Source of the DNA: Dehalococcoidia bacterium
GTDB lineage: Bacteria > Chloroflexota > Dehalococcoidia > Bin125
NCBI GenBank assembly: GCA_965215555.1
Contig: OZ244071.1
Coordinates: 2,517,647-2,581,646, forward strand
Length of the DNA: 64,000 nucleotides
Reading direction: 5' to 3'
Both the position numbers and the translations under genes were made by a program. Each line of letters begins with the position of its first letter. Position 1 is the stretch's first letter. A model generated the notes under the pieces. That model was given only the letters and a program-made list of their open reading frames with translations, had not been told where the DNA came from and searched no databases. Shown here piece by piece: positions 17,208-25,849 of the stretch.

Positions 17208-18629
17208 ATGTCGGCCATTCAGTCGGAGAAGCAAGAGATCGCGCAGATGGCGCACCTGATGCGTCGGGCTGGGTTTGGCGCGTCGCGCGACGACCTGGAA
17301 CGGCTCGTGGAGCAGGGCTACGAGGAGACTGTCGAGCAACTGGTCGACCCACCTGCGCACGTTCCTCGAGCCGACCTCTACGAGCTCTTCCGCTACATGC
17401 CGTCGCTCGAGACCGGTGGTCCAGTCACCATTCCTGGCGCGGCCAACTGGCTCTACCACCTGATCAATTCGCAGCGGCCCTTGGAAGAGAAGATGGCGCT
17501 CTTCTGGCACGGCGTCTTTGCGGTCGGTAACTCCAAGGTCGACAACGACAATCACCTGATCGCGCAGATCGACATGTTCCGCGACCACGGAACGGGCAGC
17601 TACCGCGACTTGTTGATCATGCTGGCCCAGAACCCGGCCATGATTTACTGGCTCGACAACCATGAGAACCACAAGCGTTCGCCCAATGAGAACTGGGGCC
17701 GCGAGCTGCTCGAGCTGTTCTCGATGGGCGTCGGCAACTACACCGAGAAAGACGTCTTCGAGTGCGCCCGCGCCTTCACCGGCTGGACGTTGGGCCCGAA
17801 GATCCCGCGCGTGCCCAATCACCGCTTCTTCTTCCAGTTCGAGTTCCGTCCCGAGGAGCACGACTTTGGCGAGAAGGAGTTCCTTGGGCGCAAAGGCAAC
17901 TTCGACGGCCTCGACATCATCGACATCATCCTCGAGGAAGAAGCCTGCCCGCGCTTCATCGCCCGACACCTGTACAACTTCTTCGTCGCCGACGAGGCCC
18001 AGGTTCCCGCCTGGAACATCGAGCCGCCGAATGACCCCGAAGCGATCGATTACCTCGCAGGGGTGTTCAAGGACTCCAACTTCGAAATCAAGCCGGTCCT
18101 ACGGGCGCTGTTCAACTCCGACTTCTTCAAAGATGCGACCTTCCAGAAGGTCAAGAGTCCGGTCGAGACCGTCGTCGGCACGCTGCGCCTGACCGAGCAC
18201 ATGGCGGGTCCACAGCTCGACCTGATCAGCCTCGGCCAGGAGTCGGCCCACATGGGTCAGAGTCTGCACAACCCGCCTTCGGTCGAAGGCTGGCAAACCG
18301 GGCGCGACTGGATCAACTCTGGTGCCGTGGTCGGACGAATCAACTTCGTCGCCGACCGCGTCAGTAACACCGAGCTGCCGGGCGTTCAGAAGATCGTTAA
18401 GCGAGTCGCCGCTGCGAATGGCACCACGATGGAGCCGGCGGAGATGGTCGACCATTGCCTCGACCTGATCGGCCCGCTCAATGTGGCGGATGTCACCAGG
18501 CTCGAGTTGATCGAACACGCAACGGAGCAGGGCGACCTCTCCTGGAGCGACGACTACGACGGTTCCTCCGAGCGCGTCGGCGAGATGCTCGCCCTGATCG
18601 CGGCAACGACGGAGTACCAGTTTGGGTAG
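17208..18629 (+). CDS. DUF1800 family protein
   Basis: Characteristic MRRAGFGASRDDLERL..., WLDNHENHK..., ELFSMGVGNYTEKDV... architecture. Paired with DUF1501 downstream. Confidence 0.8.
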   Translation: MSAIQSEKQEIAQMAHLMRRAGFGASRDDLERLVEQGYEETVEQLVDPPAHVPRADLYELFRYMPSLETGGPVTIPGAANWLYHLINSQRPLEEKMALFWHGVFAVGNSKVDNDNHLIAQIDMFRDHGTGSYRDLLIMLAQNPAMIYWLDNHENHKRSPNENWGRELLELFSMGVGNYTEKDVFECARAFTGWTLGPKIPRVPNHRFFFQFEFRPEEHDFGEKEFLGRKGNFDGLDIIDIILEEEACPRFIARHLYNFFVADEAQVPAWNIEPPNDPEAIDYLAGVFKDSNFEIKPVLRALFNSDFFKDATFQKVKSPVETVVGTLRLTEHMAGPQLDLISLGQESAHMGQSLHNPPSVEGWQTGRDWINSGAVVGRINFVADRVSNTELPGVQKIVKRVAAANGTTMEPAEMVDHCLDLIGPLNVADVTRLELIEHATEQGDLSWSDDYDGSSERVGEMLALIAATTEYQFG

Positions 18630-18727
18630 GGCCGGTTTTTGGGGACCCTCACCCTAACCCTCTCCCAGAGGGAGAGGGGATCAGAGAATGTTGGTCTCCC
18701 TTCAATGGAAGAGGGGATCAGAAAGGT

Positions 18728-19885
18728 ATGGACATGACAACTGCCAGCAAGGATCCGGTTGTCGTCATCATTCAGTTGACCGGCGGCAACGATTACATGA
18801 ACAGCGTGGTGCCCTATGCCGATGGACACTACAACGACGCCCGCAACGGCGATCTCTGCATTGGCGAGGACGAGGTCCTCAAGATCAACGACCACTTCGG
18901 CCTGCACCCGACGATGGCTCCTCTCAAGGAGATCTACGACCAGGGTGAGATGGCGCTGATCCACGGCGTCGGGTATCCCAACTCGCCGCGATCGCACTTC
19001 CGCTCGATGGACATCTGGCACACCTGTGAGCCCAACAAGGTTGGTACCGAGGGCTGGGTCGGCCGTGCCATCCGCGACCTTGATCCGTCCGGCGAGAACC
19101 CGGTCACCGGGGTCCACATCGGACAGGGCCTGCCCCGCGCGCTGGTCTTACCAGGTGTGACTGTCGCATCTGTCGCCGACCTCTCGACGTACGGTCTCTT
19201 GACCGGCATCGAGCAGCAGCGCCAGCGCGAGAAGATGCTCGAGCGCTTCGTCAACATGTATGGCCGTGCGATCGGCACCGGAAACGTCAAGGAGTACCTC
19301 GGCCGCACCGGACTCGACGCACTCAAAGGCGCCGACATCCTCAAGGAAGGCCTCGGTCGCTACGAGACCTCCGTCGAATGGGGACCTGAGCAGATCTCGC
19401 GCAGTCTCAAGGACATCGCCACGATCCACTGCGCCGACCTCGGTACGCGCGTCTTCTACACGCAGCTCATCGGCTTTGACACCCACGCGAATCAGAAGCC
19501 GGTCTTCGAGAAGCTCTGGACCGACCTCTCGCGAGCCATCTCAGACTTCTGGGACGACGTCAAAGCGCACGACCGCGATGACAACGTGATCATGATGCTG
19601 TTCACCGAGTTCGGCCGCCGCGTGCGAGACAACGGCTCCGGTTCCGACCACGGCGCCGGCGGCGGAGTCTTCGTACTCGGCCCGCAGGTCAAGGGCGGCA
19701 TGCACGGCGAGTTCCCCAGCATCAATCCCAAACACCTCGAACAGGGCGACCTCGTCCCCAACCACGATTTCCGCGGTGTCTACTCGACGCTGCTTGAGGA
19801 CTGGATGGGTCTCGATGCCAAGCCGATCGTCGATGGTGAGTTCGAGAAACTGAGTTTCATCGAGCCGCTGATGGCGACTGCATGA
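18728..19885 (+). CDS. DUF1501 family protein (sulfatase/alkaline-phosphatase-like superfamily)
   Basis: VVIIQLTGGNDYMN..., HGVGYPNSPRSHFRSMDIWHT..., FTEFGRRVRDNGSGSDHG... ATG 18728 after GAAAGG. No obvious Tat signal. Confidence 0.8.
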   Translation: MDMTTASKDPVVVIIQLTGGNDYMNSVVPYADGHYNDARNGDLCIGEDEVLKINDHFGLHPTMAPLKEIYDQGEMALIHGVGYPNSPRSHFRSMDIWHTCEPNKVGTEGWVGRAIRDLDPSGENPVTGVHIGQGLPRALVLPGVTVASVADLSTYGLLTGIEQQRQREKMLERFVNMYGRAIGTGNVKEYLGRTGLDALKGADILKEGLGRYETSVEWGPEQISRSLKDIATIHCADLGTRVFYTQLIGFDTHANQKPVFEKLWTDLSRAISDFWDDVKAHDRDDNVIMMLFTEFGRRVRDNGSGSDHGAGGGVFVLGPQVKGGMHGEFPSINPKHLEQGDLVPNHDFRGVYSTLLEDWMGLDAKPIVDGEFEKLSFIEPLMATA

Positions 19886-19894
19886 GTAGACAAA

Positions 19895-19917
19895 CGGCCT
19901 CCCCTTGAGGGGGAGGC
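19895..19917 (+). terminator. GC-rich hairpin GGCCTCCCC-TTGA-GGGGAGGCC after the DUF1501 stop
   Basis: Perfect 9-bp stem 10 nt after the stop. Not followed by a clear U-tract. Confidence 0.35.
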
Positions 19918-19934
19918 CTTAAGGAGCTCCAGCC

Positions 19935-20960
19935 ATGTTGACTACAACCGTCGCCGGGCGGACCTGGCACTTTAGTCACTCCATTGGCCACTTCGTTGGG
20001 CCTCAGGGGTTCAACTATCCCAGCGCGATTGCGATGGCGCCGAATGGCACGATGCACGTTGCCGACCCGGGCTTGTCCGAGTACGGGGGCGCGAGCGGTG
20101 CGCTCAGTGCCAAAATCATCAAGCACCGGATCGAGGACGAGTTCCTCGGCGACATGGGCGCGGGCGACCTGACTTGGCCAGAGGGCCTCGCGCTCGCCCG
20201 CGACGGCACCGTCTGGTGCGCCGACGCGTATCACCATCGGATCTTCGGCTACGACGCCGAAGGCTCACCGGTCGGCGACTGGGGCGAGTTCGGCGACGGC
20301 GATGGTCAGTTCAATCGGCCCTCGGGAATGGCCTTCGACGCTGACGACAATCTGCATGTTGTCGACAGCCTGAACCATCGGGTACAGACGTTCACCAGAG
20401 ACGGCGAGTTTCTCGGTACATGGGGCAAGCACGGCTGCGCCGAGGGAGAGCTCAATCAACCCTGGGGCATGACCATCGACAACGAGGGCGCACTCTTCAT
20501 CGCCGACTGGGGCAACGACCGCGTGCAGAAGTTCACGCCCGAGGGAGAGTTCCTGGGCAACTTCGGCTCCCGATTTGAAGACATCGGCATCGACGATGGC
20601 GGCAGTCTCAAGCGTCCTGCGGATGTTGCGGTGGACAGCGACGGCGACGTGTACGTCTGCGACTGGGGCAACCGCCGAGTCCAGATCTACTACCCCGACG
20701 GCGACATCATCTGCAGTCTGCAGGGTGACGCGCACGAGTTCTCCAAGGCGGCGGCCAGCGTCATGGAGGTCAATCCCGAGTACCAACAAGCCTTCAGGCG
20801 CGTGACACCAGTCGAGCTGATCAAATTCGGCATCTTCGACCGTCCCCGTGGCATCGCGATTGATGCACAAGATCGAATCGCCATCGGCGACGGCGGCCGA
20901 GGGCGGGTACAGGTCTACCACAAGGATCACGACTACCTGGTCCCGCAGTTCAACGCCTAG
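19935..20960 (+). CDS. NHL-repeat beta-propeller protein
   Basis: Six repeats of the NRPSGMAFDADDNLHVVDSLNHRVQ / NQPWGMTIDNEGALFIADWGNDRVQ type. Confidence 0.8.
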   Translation: MLTTTVAGRTWHFSHSIGHFVGPQGFNYPSAIAMAPNGTMHVADPGLSEYGGASGALSAKIIKHRIEDEFLGDMGAGDLTWPEGLALARDGTVWCADAYHHRIFGYDAEGSPVGDWGEFGDGDGQFNRPSGMAFDADDNLHVVDSLNHRVQTFTRDGEFLGTWGKHGCAEGELNQPWGMTIDNEGALFIADWGNDRVQKFTPEGEFLGNFGSRFEDIGIDDGGSLKRPADVAVDSDGDVYVCDWGNRRVQIYYPDGDIICSLQGDAHEFSKAAASVMEVNPEYQQAFRRVTPVELIKFGIFDRPRGIAIDAQDRIAIGDGGRGRVQVYHKDHDYLVPQFNA

Positions 20961-21002
20961 GCGATTCGGCGAAGGGCGTATCGCAGCCGACGAGGACTCC
21001 AG

Positions 21003-21992
21003 ATGACTCTCCGCTTCGGCATCCTCGGAGCTTCCGCGATCACCCCGCGCGCGCTGCTCAAACCCGTCGCTGAGTTCCCTGATGTCGAAATCGTCAGCAT
21101 GGCCGCACGTGACCGCGACCGTGCCGAGACCTTCGCCGCCAGAGCCGGAATTCCTACGGTCCACGACACCTACGACGAAGTCGTCACCGACCCTGACGTG
21201 GACGCGATCTACAATCCGCTGGCGATCAGCGGGCACAAGGAATGGACGATCAAGGCGCTCAACGCAGGCAAACATGTGCTCTGTGAGAAGCCGTTCGCCA
21301 TGAACGAGGCCGAAGCGCGAGAGATGGCAGACTGCGCTCGCGAGTCCGGACTCATCTGCGCCGAGGCGTTTCACTACTACTATCACCCGTTCTCGATGCG
21401 GATGCGCGAGATCGTCCAGAGCGGCATCCTGGGCACGATCCGCTACGCCGACGCTCACTTCCAGAACACGGTCGCCGACGTGCCCAGCCAGATTCGGTAC
21501 CAGATCGAGCTCGGTGGCGGGGCGACGATGGACCTCGGCTGCTACCCCCTGCACTTTCTCCGCCACGCGTTTGAGGCAGAGCCGGAGGTCGTCTCGGCGA
21601 AGGCGGCAACGGTCCATGAACACATCGACATCGAGTTGAAGGCCGAGCTGCTCTTTGCCGGCAGGATCCCGGCCACGATCTGGTCACGGATGAATGCAGC
21701 CGGAGGCTTTTCCGCCGAGGTCAACGTCTATGGCGATCGGGGCAGGCTCAAAGTCGTGAATCCATTGGTGCCACACCGCGAGGTGCACCGAATCGAACTC
21801 GTGACGTCGTGGGGCACGCGCCGGGAAACGCTGAGCAGGAATCCGACGTTCAACTACCAACTGCGCGCATTCATGGACGCGATCGCCGGTGTTCGTCCAA
21901 TGCCGACCGACGCCGAAGACGGCGTGATCAGTATGCGCGTGATCGATAACGTCTACCGAGCCGCGGGAATGAAACCGCGCGGAGAGACATAG
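21003..21992 (+). CDS. Gfo/Idh/MocA family oxidoreductase
   Basis: N-terminal Rossmann LRFGILGASAITPRAL, EKP motif (HVLCEKPFA). Confidence 0.85.
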   Translation: MTLRFGILGASAITPRALLKPVAEFPDVEIVSMAARDRDRAETFAARAGIPTVHDTYDEVVTDPDVDAIYNPLAISGHKEWTIKALNAGKHVLCEKPFAMNEAEAREMADCARESGLICAEAFHYYYHPFSMRMREIVQSGILGTIRYADAHFQNTVADVPSQIRYQIELGGGATMDLGCYPLHFLRHAFEAEPEVVSAKAATVHEHIDIELKAELLFAGRIPATIWSRMNAAGGFSAEVNVYGDRGRLKVVNPLVPHREVHRIELVTSWGTRRETLSRNPTFNYQLRAFMDAIAGVRPMPTDAEDGVISMRVIDNVYRAAGMKPRGET

Positions 21993-22004
21993 ACTTCGTA
22001 CACT

Positions 22005-22820
22005 ATGACCGACCGCATTCGCGCTATCGATTCATTGATCAACTCCTCGTTCCTCGATCCCTCAGGCGACACTGCGTTGAGTTATCTGTTCAAGGACATT
22101 GAAGGACGCGGCGCGATCGAGACTGCCGAACAACTTCTGCAAGTGCTTGACCAGTCCGATATCGGCGCCGGTGTCGTTTCGATCATGCAGCCCGATCACG
22201 CCGAGTGGGTTGGCGATGCGCACAAGCAGTTTCCCGACAAGATCCTGCCCGCGATGATTGTCAATCCGCTCAACGGGTACGACGAAATCCGCAAGGTGGT
22301 CGATTACTACGAACGCTACGGAGTCCGCTGCCTGCGCATCCCGCCGTTCCGATACGAAATGCCGCCAACCGACCGCGTCTACTGGCCCTTCTACGTCAAG
22401 GCAATGGAACTTGACATCGCGGTCTCGATGAACGCTGGTATGCCTGGACCGCGTCGACCGGGATGGGTCCAGAACCCAATGCATTACGACGAGGTCGCCT
22501 ATCACTTCCCCGAGCTTCGCCTGATCATGACTCACTGCGGCCAACCGTGGATCGAGGAGACCATCTCAACCATCGCCCATTGGGATCATGTCTACATGTC
22601 CTGCACGTCGGTGGCGCCAAAGTACTGGCCACTCAACTTCGTCCAATTCATCAACACCCGGGGACGTCAGAAGATGATGTTCGGCACGGAGTACCCAACA
22701 ATCCCGTGGCCCAGGGCAAGAGACGAAATTGAGGCACTCCAACTTCGAGAAACAGTTGTAGACGACTTCTTCGTCGAGAACGCACGCCGAGCCTATCGCT
22801 GGAACGCTGACCCAAGCTAA
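22005..22820 (+). CDS. Amidohydrolase-2 (PF04909-like) family metal-dependent hydrolase
   Basis: TIM-barrel hydrolase motifs MTHCGQPW... and MFGTEYP. The N-terminal HxH is not obvious, so the family call is moderate. Confidence 0.55.
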   Translation: MTDRIRAIDSLINSSFLDPSGDTALSYLFKDIEGRGAIETAEQLLQVLDQSDIGAGVVSIMQPDHAEWVGDAHKQFPDKILPAMIVNPLNGYDEIRKVVDYYERYGVRCLRIPPFRYEMPPTDRVYWPFYVKAMELDIAVSMNAGMPGPRRPGWVQNPMHYDEVAYHFPELRLIMTHCGQPWIEETISTIAHWDHVYMSCTSVAPKYWPLNFVQFINTRGRQKMMFGTEYPTIPWPRARDEIEALQLRETVVDDFFVENARRAYRWNADPS

Positions 22821-22854
22821 ATCAACTTGAGTCCACAGACGCTGCGCAATCTGT

Positions 22855-23012
22855 GACTCCCCCTCGCATGGTGAGCCGCCGAACCATTTTCTTTGCTCCC
22901 CCTCGCAGGGGGAGCTGCCGAAGGCTGAGGGGGTCCCAGCAGCGTCGATCAGGAAGTGAGATGCCACCGCATCAAGTGCGGGGCAGGCTGCGACAAGCGC
23001 GGCAATGACGAG
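22855..23012. repeat. Composite REP/MITE-like intergenic repeat (ctccccc..gggggag hairpins plus gcgacaagcgcggcaatgacg module)
   Basis: ctccccctcgcagggggagctg and gagggggtccc are shared with 29619-29738 and 30765-30895. The terminal module is shared with 38608-38667 and 60217-60250. Confidence 0.55.
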
Positions 23013-23041
23013 GTAGATGAAGTCGTTTGCCGGGCGCCAAG

Positions 23042-23713
23042 CTACTCCGGCCAATGCGCATTCATCAATTGCACCCACGTGTGTCGAGTCAGCGAGTGCC
23101 GCTCACGCACGCTCTCCTGGAACAGCTTGAGTAGCTCCTCCGAGACTCCGGAACCTGGATCCTGCGGCGTCCGCGTCGCGTGCCAGTTGCCGACGCTGTG
23201 ATAGCCGGCCAGGTTGGTCACTTCCATGTCGTCGCTCAGCACGGCGTCATGGAAGTTGCCCAGCACCCGATGTCCCATCGCGTCCATCGCCGGCCAGACG
23301 CCGAACTCGGTCAGGTAGGAGAACCGCTCCCACGTAGCCGGATCGATCGTCCAGCGACGCAGACCATAAACGGCGCGACGGTCGGAGTCGGGAGTCTCCG
23401 CCAGTGGGCGGCCGCCGTAGGGAATCTTCGGCCGCGCCGTCTCATTCACAATCAACGCTCGACGAGCGTTGCGATAGGCGTCATCGCCCAGTCCGACTAG
23501 GATTTCCTGTCCATGTCGCCACTCGTCCCATGACGGCACGCCGATAAACGTGTGGACCTCCTCAGGCGTGCCGCCAATCAACGCATTGAGCAGACACAAA
23601 GGCCGGAATCCGGCCTCCACCAGACGAGGCCAGGTCTCCTCAAGGAAGAGTGAGCGGTACTCGGGAAAGCGCTTCGGCTCGATCATCGTGACGCGGTGCT
23701 CGTAGAGATCCAT
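23042..23713 (-). CDS. NIPSNAP-like tandem dimeric alpha+beta-barrel protein (tentative)
   Basis: Two internal repeats around W/F-rich cores. Start taken at MDLYEHRV (ATG 23713, after AGGACG). Confidence 0.4.
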   Translation of the reverse strand: MDLYEHRVTMIEPKRFPEYRSLFLEETWPRLVEAGFRPLCLLNALIGGTPEEVHTFIGVPSWDEWRHGQEILVGLGDDAYRNARRALIVNETARPKIPYGGRPLAETPDSDRRAVYGLRRWTIDPATWERFSYLTEFGVWPAMDAMGHRVLGNFHDAVLSDDMEVTNLAGYHSVGNWHATRTPQDPGSGVSEELLKLFQESVRERHSLTRHTWVQLMNAHWPE

Positions 23714-23887
23714 GGTTCGTCCTTGACAATCTGCGGTATCTATTGGCCCGCAGGCTAACTGTGTCTCAAGCGAACTCTTCATGAAGGGTAATTCGGTTAG
23801 GATGGGCTAACTACCTGAGTGCGATGCGGGGCATGGTCGTGCGCCCGGTCGCAGCAATTCATCGCAGAGAGAGCGAGATAGCACAGC

Positions 23888-25750
23888 ATGGCAAGAGACT
23901 ATTGGTCACGGATGAAGCGGCAACATCTGAGCCGCCGATCGCTGCTGCGGGCAAGCGCCCGAGCAGGTGTCGGCGCGGCCGGACTGGCATTGGTCGGTTG
24001 TGGTGGCGACGATGACGACGACGATGGTCAGCAGGCCATGCAGCAGGATCAGCAACAAGCGATGCAAGATCAGCAGCAACAGGCTGATCAGCAGGCCATG
24101 CAGCAGGATCAGCAGGAACAGACGACGGCTGACGCACAGTCAGAGCAGCAGGATCAGCAGCAGGCCGCCGCACAGCGGCAGGCGCAACAGCAGGACCAGC
24201 AGCAGATGGTCTCCGCGTCTGGTGGCGTCTGGAAGCGCGGCAACACGTCAACGCCAAACTTCATTCGCATCCCGCTCAACACCGCCGGCAACAACACCGC
24301 GATTAACCAGAATGGCGGACTGTTCAACCGACTCACCCGCTGGAGCGGTCCCGTCGGCCTGCAGGATGACATCGGCAACATGCAGCGAATGGTCGATCCG
24401 GACTTCTCGCCTTCTCCTGACTTGGCGACGTCGTGGGAGCAGCCGGACAACGTCACCTACATCTTCAACATCCGCGAAGGGGTCACTTACCACAGCGGTC
24501 GTGCCTTCTCGGCCGAGGACATCGCCTTCACCTATGAAGAGCTGAAAAATCCTGAGGTCGGTGGCGGAGGCTCGCCGCTGCATCTGATGTCGGCCAATCT
24601 GGAGTCGGCGACGGCGCCCGACGCCACGACCGCCACGCTCAAATTCAGCCAACCTACTGGCTACGTCTACACCCTCACCTCGTCGACCAACATCGCAGAC
24701 CGCGAGACACTCGACCAGGTGACCGACGGCGTCCTGGTCGGCACCGGCGCGTACTCCTTCGAGAACTACGACCCCAACCGTGGCTACGACTTGGTTGCGT
24801 TCGAGGACCATTGGAATGGCCGACCCATCATCGACAAGATCGAGTTCTCGATCTTCGCCGACAACCTGGCCATGGCTGCGGCCCTCGAAACCGGCGACAT
24901 CCACTCTCACTACGGCGTCCCGATCGGGAACCCCGAGGCGGAGGCTCGCCTGATCGATAGCTCCGACCATTACGGTCGCATTCACATCGGTGCCGGTGGC
25001 CGAGTCCTGCGATTCCGCGCAGATTCACCGCCATTCCACGACAAGCGTGCCCGCCAAGGCGTCTTCCTGCTGGTCGACGGCGAGCGGATCACCGAAGAGT
25101 TCGCTGGGACGTTCGACGTTGCTGGTCGCCTGCCCTGGCAGCCGGGATCGCCAGCCTTCGATGCCGAGTTGGACAAGCCGATCTACGATCCGGCCACCGC
25201 TCGACAGCTGCTTGACGCCGCCGGCCTGGTCGACTCCGATCAGACCTTGCGCGCCGACGTCCTGCCCGAGCGCGTCGACGCACCGGCCGTGGCCCAGTTG
25301 CTTCAGCAGGAGTTGCTCCAGCTTGGCATCAACATGGAAGTGACCAACCGTGAGTACACGGAGATGATCACGCTCCAGACCACGGGCACCTTCGATCACA
25401 TGATCATCGGGTTCGGCAACTGGGTGAAGCCTGGCGACCCCTCGGTTACGGTCCTCTTCGCCGATGCCTACGACGGCCGCATGAACGCCCCCGTTGGCGA
25501 CGGCGAGACGCCGCTGCGGGATCGCGAAGGTCTGCGTGAAGAGCTTGAGTGGCTCGACATGATCGAGGCCGCCAAGAACGGCACGTTCATCGACGAATAC
25601 GGCGACTGGCGCGTCTTCAACGAGAAGTACCTCGATGTCGCCTGGTCCAACGTCCTCTTCCGTCAGTACGCCGGAAGCTGGAACACCAACAATGTCGAAG
25701 TCGATTTCGACAGCGAAGGTTGGGTCTACGTCGAGTCGGCGCGCGTCTAG
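23888..25750 (+). CDS. ABC transporter substrate-binding lipoprotein, family 5 (DppA/OppA-like), with Tat-type signal and Q-rich linker
   Basis: SRRSLLRASARAGVGAAGLALVGCGG lipobox. 75-aa D/Q-rich low-complexity segment. SBP_bac_5-like body. Confidence 0.8.
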   Translation: MARDYWSRMKRQHLSRRSLLRASARAGVGAAGLALVGCGGDDDDDDGQQAMQQDQQQAMQDQQQQADQQAMQQDQQEQTTADAQSEQQDQQQAAAQRQAQQQDQQQMVSASGGVWKRGNTSTPNFIRIPLNTAGNNTAINQNGGLFNRLTRWSGPVGLQDDIGNMQRMVDPDFSPSPDLATSWEQPDNVTYIFNIREGVTYHSGRAFSAEDIAFTYEELKNPEVGGGGSPLHLMSANLESATAPDATTATLKFSQPTGYVYTLTSSTNIADRETLDQVTDGVLVGTGAYSFENYDPNRGYDLVAFEDHWNGRPIIDKIEFSIFADNLAMAAALETGDIHSHYGVPIGNPEAEARLIDSSDHYGRIHIGAGGRVLRFRADSPPFHDKRARQGVFLLVDGERITEEFAGTFDVAGRLPWQPGSPAFDAELDKPIYDPATARQLLDAAGLVDSDQTLRADVLPERVDAPAVAQLLQQELLQLGINMEVTNREYTEMITLQTTGTFDHMIIGFGNWVKPGDPSVTVLFADAYDGRMNAPVGDGETPLRDREGLREELEWLDMIEAAKNGTFIDEYGDWRVFNEKYLDVAWSNVLFRQYAGSWNTNNVEVDFDSEGWVYVESARV

Positions 25751-25849
25751 GACTCGCGCCTCCTGCCTCGCATTGCGACACTCACCGTGTGCCGCTCGGG
25801 CTAGCCCGAGCGGCACACGTGGGTGGACTCAGAATGTTGGCGCCCGTCG

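Noticed and set aside
16884-17969. 361-aa ORF on the minus strand
   Set aside because: Entirely antisense to the well-supported DUF1800 gene. The Arg/Leu/Val-rich translation is typical of shadow ORFs in high-GC DNA.
20265-21623. 452-aa ORF on the minus strand
   Set aside because: Antisense to both the NHL-repeat and Gfo/Idh/MocA genes, with no recognisable motifs. High-GC shadow ORF.
24010-24200. Possible CRISPR-like or mini-satellite array (regular CAG-rich repeats)
   Set aside because: The repeats are in frame inside the binding-protein gene and encode the Q-rich linker. There are no spacer-like unique segments, and no CRISPR array is present anywhere in the window.
25025-25816. 263-aa ORF on the minus strand
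   Set aside because: Antisense to the 3' part of the substrate-binding protein gene.
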